Both the position numbers and the translations under genes were made by a program. A model generated the notes under the pieces. It saw nothing but the letters and a program-made list of their open reading frames with translations, searched no databases and was not told where the DNA came from. Below, piece after piece: positions 50,568 to 62,500 of a stretch of 63,832 bases of DNA. The number at the start of each line of letters is the position of its first letter. The stretch's first letter is position 1. Origin of the DNA: Candidatus Omnitrophota bacterium (lineage in GTDB: Bacteria > Omnitrophota > Gorgyraeia > Tantalellales > Tantalellaceae); assembly GCA_015231405.1 (NCBI GenBank), contig JADGBR010000017.1, positions 1,651 through 65,482 of the forward strand, read 5' to 3'.

Positions 50568-53500
50568 TTACGCCGCTAACATCGCTTCCTTATCATACTG
50601 ATAAACGCGCCTCAGCTCTTCCTCGTCAAGCGGGATGATCGGAAGTATCTTTTTTAGTTTATCGAGCGCGAACCTCACCTTATTGTAATCGCTCCTCACC
50701 AGGGCCATAATGTCCTTTTCATCCAGGTCGAACCCGGATATCGTCGAAACTCCGGCAAGGTCCCCTAAAGTATCGATGGTCTCCCCGATAAAAGTTTTAT
50801 TATACTCGCCGTTAGCTATATGCACCAGCCTTAAACCCAGGAGCGTGCTCCTAATAAGCCCCGCCATGTCCTTCCCCTCGTCGTACATCCCGACAGGGAT
50901 AAGAATGGTGTCCTCCGGATCCATCATGCCTATCCTTTCCATCATGTCGATATTTGAGCCCAGATCCTCGTCCTTGCCGGTGATGAACAGCGTGACCGTG
51001 TTGGATCTCGACGGCACGATATCGAATTCTTCGCGCGTCATGCCGTATCGGGCATAATCCCGGTCCGTAACGGACCCTCGCCCGTTCGAACTATAAAGAG
51101 CCAGTTTCAGGTTAGACCCGTTCCCCGGCTTAAAGGCCGTGAGAAAATCCCGCGCGTTCTCCTCGCCGATAAGGTCCAACTCCTCGACAGGGACCCTGAT
51201 CACTACCGGTTTACGCCCCGACCCTATGACCCGCGGGAGAAAGTCCCGGCTCGAATCGATAAATCCGTCAAGAGCGATACGGTAAAGCTCTCCCGTCTCC
51301 CGGTAATTTTTGCCTCCCGGACCGTAGTTGCGATAAGTCCCTCCTCCTCCTGCATCGGCCGTCTGAACGGCCGCCGTTTCTTTCTTATGTTCATAAACCA
51401 CCGGCCCCGTAACCTCTTCATTAGGTCCCATTCCGGGCAATAAAAGCTGAGTCTGGCGGGCCGCTGTCTGTCCGGGAAGACCGGGTGTTTTGACTTTATC
51501 GCTTTTCTCAGGCATATCGGCGGGCGGCGCGCTTTCTTCCGGTCCCATCCCTGGAAAGAAAAGCTGGGTCGTCAGGGTAGCCGGCTGTTCCGAGGTCACG
51601 GTTGTTTCTAGATACGGTATGACTTCTTCGCGCGTCGCGAGAATATCGATGAGATCCACCAGTTCCCCGTGCCGGAGGTCCCGAATTCTCTCCGTAAAAT
51701 CTTTTATCCCGGCAAATTGTTTTTCGGACCTTTCACGGACAATAGCGGCTATAACTCTTGAAATAAGCCCTTCGTCTGCCATTAACCGCGGGTGTACCCC
51801 GGGGAGCGCGACCCTCAAGGTCTCGGCGAGATCCTCTTCCCGGGCCGTATTGAGGTACGCGGCAACGGCGTCGCTAAAAACGGCGTTCATCTTCCCTCTG
51901 GAGACCGGCTCTTCCCGTTCCGCTATCGGGAAGGCCGTGCCGGTCCTGGCATACTCTTTCTGAAGATAACCCTTAACTTCTTCCACCAGCTCTTTCATCC
52001 CGGGAGGAACGGATATCCAACTCCCCAACGAAGGGTCTATCTCAGCGGCGAACGCTATGCCGAAAAACTTGCGTAAAAGCTGCCTGCCGTCGCCTTTGAT
52101 CCTCTCTCCCCTAAAGTACCTTCTGAACTCCTTCGCGGCCTTTTTGGCACACCGGGCCGCCATCACATCTCCTTTTTCGGACCTTATCTCCATTATCTCG
52201 AATATTTTTTCGCCTACCTCCTCTATGATCCCGTATCGCAGTTGGTCCTTTATCTCGTCCGGTCGTTTTTTAATGATCCCGCTCGAGAATATTTCGTCTA
52301 TCGCTTTATCCCCGCTCTTATAAAAATCATTGAAAATTTTCCAAACGGTTTTTTCCAGGTCGCTTAATACGAGCTCTATCATATATCTTGGCCTGGACCC
52401 TCCGGAGACAGGCCGGCTTTCATGTTTCTGGCACGTTGATAAGACAAAAGCCTTGCCCTTTGGAGGCTCATTGACCCTAGTATAAGCGATATCCTTATCC
52501 AAAAGAAATCCGAACCCGCTGTCCTTGAAAAGCCTTGAAAGGCCGAAGATCTCTTTATCTCCCCAAACCCTGAAATATTCCGTACTCACGGGTCCATACC
52601 TCCCGGTCTTAGTGTCAAACCCGGGCATGCCCGCAAAAGGCCCGCCTTCAAAAACGGCCGGCGCCGGCCTCAACAGGAACCCTTTGAACTCCTCTTCGTC
52701 ATCCATAAGATACGGCGTGAGGATATCGCTCACCGTCATTACCCTTATGAACAGGCTGAACTCGTTCTGGTCCATAGAAAGGTCCTGAGATATCCTTTTT
52801 ATACTCATTCCTTCCCAGGACCCACGGTTTTCGATTATTTCCGAGGCGATCCTCGGCCGCCTTTTCTCAGCGCCCTTCCCCTTGAACACTCCGCGGAGCA
52901 CGCCGTTAATAAGTTCGTTCTTAAGCCTTTCTTTCGGCGCTTCCCTTAAGCAATCGGCTATCGCCCTCTCGATCCTCTCGTTCAAAGCGTCTCTTCTGTC
53001 AGCGCCTTCTATGTATCCGAGAGAATGACCGTTTTCCTTATACTCCTCCTCCAGAAATCCGGCTTCATCCCTTATCAGCTTTTCCATCCGCTCCGGCAGT
53101 TTCCCATACCATTTCTCAAGGCTCCTGTCGACGTACAAAGCGAAACATTTATTGAAATACTGGGTCACGTTCGGCCATTCTTTTTTCATATCCGAGGAAT
53201 GGCTCTTTCCCGCGGACTCAAGATATTCTTCCACCGCTTTTTGCCCGAATATCATTGCCTCCATATTCCCGGACCTCGCCTTCCTGCCCATCGACAGGAA
53301 TACGGCAACGCCGATATTGGACAGTAAATTCATGCGGTTAATGGCGGCGTACGCCTCTTTTTCGAAAACAGGGTCTTTAGCGGCCGGCTTACTGACAATC
53401 CCCGCCGAGAAGAAAGGCCTTTCCGAGTAGACATGTTTCGCCAGAAAATCCTCGTAATTTTTCAGGTGCAAATCCCGGGGATAATCGCATAACATGAACT

Positions 53501-56500
53501 TATAGAGTTTTCTGGACCGTCCGTTCTCCGGAGACATTTGGTCCGTGCCAGCCGTCCCGATAACCACGTCGGCGGTACTGCCGGTATTCGCGTCCTTTTT
53601 CACCCTTAGGAAGCCCATATCTTTATCGAAGAGAAAATCCAATCCCGCTTTCTTAAAAAGACCGGAGGCCATTCGCAGTTCTTCATCGCCTATGATCCTC
53701 ACGTACCCTTCCTCCGGCCCTTCATACGTCCCATTTTCATAGCCTATGACCCCGCTCACCCTTTTTTGCACTTCATCATGGCTGTCGCCGTAGTTGCCGT
53801 CTTCGGCGAACGGCATACCTTCAAAAACTGCGGGAGCGGGGCGTATGTCATAAGTTGCATGCCCTCCGAAGCCTTGGCGAAGAAGGACCGGTTCCTGGCC
53901 GCGGGATCCAGGCCGGCTTGCTTCGTCTCCCGGGAAGACCAGGTAGGGGTCTATGAGTCTCGACCCCTCCAGCGCCATCAGCGTCATTACGAACTCATTA
54001 CCCTGAAATTTTGGCAGCCTTCGTTTAGCGTCTTCGATCCCGGTGAACGGCGTTCTCCGTTTCGTAATTATATCGTTTATCACCTTGTCACGTTCTCCGG
54101 CGCTCTCAAAAACGGGGGCAACCTGTTTTAATATAGGCTTTAGACCGGCCTTCAACTTATCCTCCGGGGTTTTGTTCAGATAATCGACTACGGCTTTAGC
54201 GAAACATGCGTTCACTTCGGCCCTTTTCTCGGCCGTAAATTCCTCATATTTAAGATATTCTTCATCCCGGTAGTTTTCCCTTATGAACGCCGCCAGTTCA
54301 TCCAGAAAACGCGTCATCGACAACGGCACTTTTATCCATGAAGCGAGATCAGGATCGGCGTAAGCCGCGAACGCTGTAGTGAAATACTCCCTGGCACGGG
54401 CCACGTCAAAGCCCCCCTGCTCGGCGACCTTTCCGAACTCAAAGTATAATTTCCTCGCCAGTTTTAAGCCCTTCCTGTTCCGGGGATCATCCAGAAAAAC
54501 CTCCAGTACCCTCGCGATATCGGTAAACGCTTTATATTTTACGAACGAAACCAGGTCAGGAGGAACATCCGTAATGATCTCCTTGAAGCCCAGACCGGTC
54601 AAAAGAGACCCCGGGTTAGTTCCTAACGTGTTTACCAATCCGTCGTAACGCCCTTCGACCAGATCGTACAGGATAAGTTTAGCTATGGCCCTTTCTTCTT
54701 GGGGCTTTCCGGGGGATGAGACAGCGTCCTTAACGACCGATATGCTTGACAAACAGACCTCTTTTCTATCGGCGGCTTTCACGCGCGAATACCCGATGAC
54801 TTTCCGCAAAATAGGGCCGAACCCCTTACCTTCGACCTTAGCCCAAACCTCCCTAAGGGTTCCGTCGCTCATCAGCCTTTTGTAGCCCGGTTCAGGGTCA
54901 TTATACTTACCGTCAAAAACGACCGGGCCTTCAATAAGAGGATTGATCTCGCCACCCGTACCGTAATTCGTGTCCGCGCCAAGCGGTATCCCCTTATAAA
55001 GCACCGGGGCCGGGAGGAACAGGTCACCTGTTCCGGCGCCTCCGCCATCCTCCGGGTTTTCCTGTTCCAGAGCGCTCTGCCACGGGACTATTATCCCTTT
55101 ATCTATAGCCCTGAACGTTAATTCCACAAGGACGTCTTCCGTAAGGCCGCTTTTCCGGGATATACCGTCTATCCCGCTATACGGGCCGTTTACGCATAAC
55201 TTCATTACGGCGTCCCTTCGTTTCGCCTCGTCACCGGATCCTTTGATCTCCTTTATGGCTTCATATAGCTTAGCCACGCGGTCCGGAGCGTGGCCGTTCA
55301 AAAAATCCGTCAGCGTCGACCCGATCGCTTTTATCTGCTCCGGTCCCGTCAATTCGCCTTTTAACGGCAGATAAAATGCGCGGCCGTGCTCCCGGGCTTC
55401 GTCCCGGTAAAATTCCGCCAACTCCTTGAAGAACACCTTCTCCTCAGGGCTAATAGCCCCGGTATCTATCTTCAGGGCGGGATCGACGAATACGGGGAAC
55501 ACGGCTCTAATGAATACCCCAAGGAACTCGTCCCTTTCCCGTACCGACTTTGGCCATGAATACCAGTCCCGTCGCCGTATTCCCGGAGTGTCGGCGAAAC
55601 GTTTTACGGCCAGCTGAAAGGCCTTTCTGGTCAATTTGCCCGCTCTCTCTCCGCCTCTTGAGGCTTTCTGGCTGAGAACGCTGTATACCGCGCCGCCGGC
55701 CTGATACAGAAGTTCATACCGTACCCACGTCTCGAAAGCTTTCTTTTCAGTTTCAGGTCTCCCCCTGACAGCTTTCACGTTCACAAGATGCCCGACATAT
55801 CCACTCCCGCCGTATAGCTTCCCGACAATGGCCTCGTATACGTCCCGGACACAGTCGTACAATATAAGCTTCCCGTCGACCCAAAACTTTCCTCCGTCAG
55901 GCGCCTCACCCGCTAGGAGCGCTATATTCGAAAATCCCTGTACGGGGCCGGTGCCGGGGTTATTTTTTTCCACCCTGGCAAACCCCATGTCATGGTCCAG
56001 AACCGCCCCGAACCCCGCTCCCGACATTAATGCCGCTATATTTTCTATTTCCCCGTCGCTTACCACCCGTACGTATCCGGACCGGCATTCTTCGTAGCCC
56101 CCTTTTGCGGCGTCGAATGGAACGGTCTCGAGCCCAAGGGCGCCTATCTCGGCCGTCATGTTCCCGAAATTATCGTCCGCGGCGAAATCTGTCCCGCTGA
56201 ATAGGGTTCTCGCCGGGGCCATCGCCGGATAGACAGACCCTTCCTGGCCCCTTCTCTTTCCGGTTTTCTCCCTTAATTTATCATAGTCCACCCTCCCCGG
56301 ATTTTCGGGCATGTATTGCCATATCTGGTCGCCGCCCGTCAAATGCCAGACAAGAAAAGGAAGGTCGTTGTGGTCGTAACACTTAAAAACATCCCTGAAT
56401 TCCCTGAACGATGCGAACGGTTTTTTTCGTAATATCAGTTCCACCATATCGTGTCTTAGGGAAGCGTTTCCGTAACCCGGGCATTGCGTCTTAAGCGCCT

Positions 56501-59500
56501 GGTTCAATAAGATCTCCAGCCTGTCTTTCGGGGTATTATTTACAAGTTTCACGAAAGCGCCGTTAAATACCTCGTCTACCGCCATGAATTCAGCGTCTTT
56601 TGTTTTCGGCCGGGATATAAAATACTTTTCCCCGGCGTATTCCCTTCTGACGAATTCGCTCATTCTCCGGAAAACATTGGTCATTCCGGCGGGCATATCG
56701 ATCAATTCCAGGAGCGACGGATCGGCGTATGCGGCGAAACATATGCCCACGAACATTTCCATCCCGCCGGGCGTTTCGGGAATATTGTGTTTTTGCCTGG
56801 CCTTTCTGTATTCGAGCATGATATTGACCAGCAACTGGTGTTTTCTGAGATCGACGGAATCATTGACCGTCAACCTGGATAAAGTCTCGCCTATCTCCCG
56901 GAGAAGTTCGAACCTGGCGTAATCTTCAAGGCTTCGCGGGGTCCCTTTGATCAGATTGCCCTTATAAACATTCCCGTTAAAGAAAGGGATACCCGCACTT
57001 AAGTTATCCACGGTAAATAATTCGTAAAACACTTCATCGGGATAGTCCAGGAGGTTCAGTTTTATCATATGCCTTTTGAACTCGGACTGCCCGTATACGG
57101 GTTCCTGCTCCCCGATGAGAGTGAAAAGTCCCTGATAGTCCTTATTGACCCCTGATCCCCTGTAACCCTTTCCTTTGGCCCTCGTGAACGCTATGGCCTT
57201 ATCCAGAAATACCCCGAACCCGCTTTTATCCACCAGGTCCGATACCGCACGAACGGTTTCGTCCGACACCGGTCTTTTATATCCTTCCAGAGGGGGGTAG
57301 CTGTTGCTTTTTTCATCATACCGTATTTGTTCGACGATGACGGACCCCAACACATTCAAACGCGCCGCGCTATCGGCGCCGTAACTATCATCACGCGCGA
57401 AATCGGAGCCCGCGAAAATCACCGGTGCGGGCTTTAGTTTCGGCGCTTCTTCCTGAGGCCCGGACATGCTCGTCCCGGCGGACCCATTTTTGGGGACTTT
57501 AAGGCTCTCGCCCGCCACCCTGACGATAAAAGACCTGACCTCACGGGTCGTTTCAAGGACATTTAATAACCGGTTAGCGCCGCCTTCCGTCATTACCTTT
57601 ACCAGTTCGGCTTTCAATGCGGAGAAACTTTCGAACGTCTGATTTTTTTTGATGAACACCGAAATGACCCGCTGTCTTTCGCCGGAAACGGACCCCAGCC
57701 CTTTCAATATTCTGTTAAGCTGCTGCTCGAGCCTTGGTGTTTTCTTCATTACGTTGACATACTCAAGTATCCCCCGATCGATCGTATCCCTTAGCTCCCG
57801 GGCGCGGCTCTCTTGGGACAAGAGAAAGAAAGCGCTCCCGTAGCTGTCGCGTTCTGAAGACAGAAAATCCCTTACTTTACCGGGCAGCGGCAGGATACCC
57901 GTATTTACCGGGCCGTCGATCCATTCGGAGAGCGAAGGGTCCAGATGAAAAGCGAAGGCTTTACTGAAAAGCTCTCTCTGCTCCACCCCCTCGACGTCAT
58001 ACCACCCTTCCCGCCTTTTATTAATGCCCTTCGCGAATATACCGCTGATCTCGGACACCAGGAGGAAAGCGGCTATATCGCCTCTATTACCTTTTCGGAC
58101 AAGCATGTTATATATAGTCTCGCCGATGTTCATTAGCACCTTGTATTTTATGATGATGTTGTATGCTTCGCTCGTGAACCCGTCGTCCCTTGTACCCGCG
58201 CGCTTAGCCTTCTTCGGGTTTATTATCGGCTCATCTCCATAAATATTATTTTCGACTATTCTCCGATAATATGCGTCGAAAGCAGCTTTGTCATAATCGT
58301 AAAAGACGAACTTATTTAACTCCCTGCCGCTTCCGTCTTCTTCTTTACCGAATTCTTCCGCGTACACGGCGCTGCCAAAGATGAGCTGCTTCCTGTCCGC
58401 GCCTTCCCCTTTCTTTTTTGCCCTGGAGTAAGCCATGTCTTTCTCGAACAGGAACCCGAACCCGGCGTTATTGACTAGATCCGATATTTCGCCAACAACG
58501 CCGTCCGGCACGGTCCTCTGCCATCCTTCCTCGCGGGAATACTTTCCGCCGGCGAACGTTACGCTTCCGGCGATATCGGCCTTGAGCGGCTCCTCCAGGT
58601 CGCCGTAGTCGGAATCCGACCCGAACGGAACGCCTCCGAAAACGGCCGGGGCCGGGCTAAAAGGATACTTGCCGCTTTCTTCCTCCCCGGATACCCCAGG
58701 CCCTTCGGCTGAAGCCTCTGTCTCAGATTTCCGTTTGGCCTCATTCGTCGCTTCACCCGTTATTTTTTCACTTATACGGAAGGCGTAACCATGCGATTCG
58801 TATTCGTCTTCAAGAAGATCCCGTATCTCTTCAAACAGCTTCGCTTCCTCATCACTTATCCTGGTATATTCCCGCTTCGCGGCCCGGACCTTAAGCATGA
58901 TACCGTCATCTCTTAACGCGTATAATGGGAAGAAGCCGCCCATGAAGGCGTCCTGCCCTTTTCTGACTTTGTCGATATCGCCGGATCCTTCCTTCTGGTC
59001 CGAAACCATGCCGCGATCTTTCACTTTTACCCTCTCGGCGGCACTGTTGAGCCTGTAAATGAGGCCCGTTGCCCTCATATCGCCGTTCTGTGCCTTCGCA
59101 CGCAATGCCTCTAAGATAATACTCCCCATCCCGCGATATAGATCATAGACGATCTTATCCCTCATAGACGCGTTCTCGATGATCTCATCCAACGCGTGTT
59201 CGTAGTTCAGGTATTCTTCGCGGGGATCCTTAATAGCGATATCGTACGTGACTATTTTTCCGGCTATCCGCGTTTCTTCGCCCTCGCCTCTTAACGGCCG
59301 CCGATCGGTGCCGACGTTCACGTATTCCATTATCCTTCCGGCTTCGACGGTCTCTATCTTCTTCCTCAAACGCGAATGGCCTATATCGCGGTCCAGCAAG
59401 AAACCAAATCCCGCCTCCTCCGCCAAAGCGGAGAACTCCATGATCACATCATCGCTTACCAGCCTTACATATCCTTCCTCCGGAGCCTGATAAACCCCTA

Positions 59501-62500
59501 AAAGATCATCGTACAGGGTTGTCGCCGTTCCGTCGGCAAGGTCATCATTAATTTCCGCGAAATCATCCCCGAAAAAAACCTCTTCCACAGGCCTCAGAAT
59601 GTACGTCACTTCTCCAGGCATGTCTTTTTCGGGATTTCCATCTTCAACAACTTCATCTCTATCCTCTTCCATTCCTGTCTCTTTATCTCCGGCAATCTCA
59701 CCTGCCGCGTTTTTTGTCCCGATGCCACCCGTACCGTTCCTGCCCTTACCGTTATCTTTCGGGTTCTTATACCTGTCGACTAGGGACCGCCACGCGTTCT
59801 TAGTTATCTCGCCGTCGTATATGGCTCGCGAATTGAGCGCCATTATGAGTTCCTGTATCTCGGCCCTGTCTCGGTCCTCCTGGACCCGAACGGCGCCGGA
59901 AGGGTCTATATCCATTTCCTGGCATACATAAGAGACAAAAGCTTTTATCCTGTCGTGATGGGCGCTCTCGTAATATGCCTCGTGGGAGAGCACGAGTATC
60001 TTCATGGCCGTAATAAGCTCCGAGTGTTTACCCTCCGAGTCCGTCTTATCTATGAAATATTCTTTAAGCCTTTTCTGCCAATCCGCGGGACGATCTATCG
60101 TTATACTGCCTTCATGCGGCCATTTCACTATCCCCGCCGCCCTTTCGAGCTCGGCTCTTTTCGCCCTCAGCTCTTTGACCTTATCGTTCATTTCCTCGAG
60201 CACTTTGTCTTTGGCTTCTTTACCGTTACTAAGGCCGGCAAGGCGCGCATCCAGCCATTTTAACGTCGAGTCCAGCTCGTCTTTCATGGCCGTGAACTCT
60301 TCCATTAGGGCATCCACCTCCAGAACGTATTCCTCTTGGGCGGTCTGCCTGGCCATCTTTTCGCGTTCGGCCTTCTTTATCGCCCCGAAACGCGTTGCCG
60401 AGGGTATCCTTTCTTTCATGCGAGGAAGAGCGTCGGCGAGGATATCGACGGCCGACTTCCCATTTATTTCTGACAGGTTATATTTAGCGAGCAGATTTTT
60501 TCCGGCCGCCCCGGACGCCTGATCTCTCTTTATTTTCATGAGCTGTTTTACGACCTGTCCGACCGTAACGAATTCCACGTTCCTTAAAAGGTCCTCCCCC
60601 AGCTGGGCCTTTATCTCGTTAAGCTTCCCTGGGTCACGAAGTATTATCGTCAGCTTATCCGGTAGCCGGTAATTCTCGCCTATCACCAGACGCCCGTTCC
60701 TGTCCTTTATATTCAGGTTCCACAGCCTTTCTATGCTGGGTATGTTCATGCCCCTTATATCTTCCCGGCTGTGCATTTTCATCAACCTCTTGTATTTCTT
60801 CACCGTCTCAACGACATCCTCCACGAGTAACCCCCATTTAGTATCCGCGAAGAACATCCCGCGCCTGAAAAGATCGGGATAGCGTATGTCGGTCGTGAAC
60901 GCGTTCACGGGGAACACCTTATTGAACTCCACGCCCCCGTTCTCCCGGGCTCCATATACGGAAACGTAAAGCCGCCAGACCAGCTCCTCGAATATCCACC
61001 CTTTTAAAAAATTGTAGTTCTTTTCCCCGGGATGGCCGTTCCCGTTTTCACTATCCACGGCCAAAAGCCCGGAGCCGTTCTCATCGCCGTCAGGTCGGTG
61101 TTTTTTTTCGCTTTCCGCGCCCCAGGCCGGGCCTCTCGCGTTCCTTCTCGTCCGAGCCGTGCCTTCCTTCTTTTCGGATTCTTTGGTTTCGACTACGGTC
61201 TCGTCCTTGTAAAGTTCCCATACCACCTGTTCGTCGTTCCTCTCGTCCCGCTCTTCCGCGTTAGGCTCTTCCTTCCTGATATATATCTTTGCCCTGTATT
61301 CGTTCTCGTCCACGCCAAGTATCTGGACAAGGACCCTCCGGCCCTTCGCGCTCTGGTCGTTCTCCATCAGGTGCCCTCCGCCCATCGTCAGTGTGCCGTT
61401 TGCCGGGACGGTGGTGCCGATATAAAGCGACCCCTTAGCGCTATTAGCGAATATGGCCCCTAGATCTTTCTTGTACACACGGCTTTTTCTCTCATTTCCT
61501 TCATTTCCTCTGGCGAGCCTCAAGCCCCATTCGTCGAAAAGCTCGGAATCCCTATAGATATCAAGCGCCAGAAAATTCCTCAAAAGTTTTATTTTACGGC
61601 CATGCTCCCCGTCGTCCTCCAGATAAAAAACACGGTATTTCGCGCCGTCCTTATACTCGACTAGCACCCTCCTGCCGCGATGATCGTCGGCGTGATATAC
61701 GGGCTCCCCGTAAACGCTTAGATATCCATGTTTTGAGACCGGGACTTCCGCGACCAGATAGCCGTATTTGTCAAGGTCAGCCGGTTTTGTGTTGCGGTCC
61801 TTCTGCGACTTGTCAGGAAACTCCGAGATCTCGTACTCGTCCTCATAGGGGTCGTCCTTGTCCGATATCGAACCCATCGAAGCGTGGACGTAGGTATACA
61901 CCTCCCGGTCTTTCACGAACGCTTTCCCAATGAACTCGCCGGCAGCGTCCGAAGTAAAGATCATCCCGAAAACGGCCTCGAGTAAATAGACCCCGTCTTT
62001 CCTGGAAAAATGTTCCTTTCTGACGTTTTTTTTCTCTTTATCCCACCACTCATATTTTTCGAACGCGCCGAAAGGCACAGCCTTTATCCTTCCGGACTCG
62101 GCCCCATCGATATCTATGACCATATCCGCCGAACCTGACACATTGCTTGTTTCCAGCCGGACATTTACATATCTGTCATCTATCAGCCTATCCAGCATGA
62201 AAGCGAATAAGGCCAGCGGATTGTTCATAAGGTCCTTCACCTTGGTCCTAGGCAGGCTGAACCCGAAATGGCCGCGCCTGATAAGGTCGTGATACCCCCG
62301 GGGTGGAAGTCTCTCTATGTACCCTTTAAGGGTCTTAAAAAGACCGGCGTACCTTGTCCCCTCGGTGAGCTCCTCGACGCGGCTAAGATGCAGATACCTT
62401 GAAAAATCTATATCCTCGTCGCCGAACGCTTCGCGCTGGAATACGCGGGAATAATAGTGTTCGTCATCCGACCGGGCCTCTTTCGACAGGCCTTTTATAC

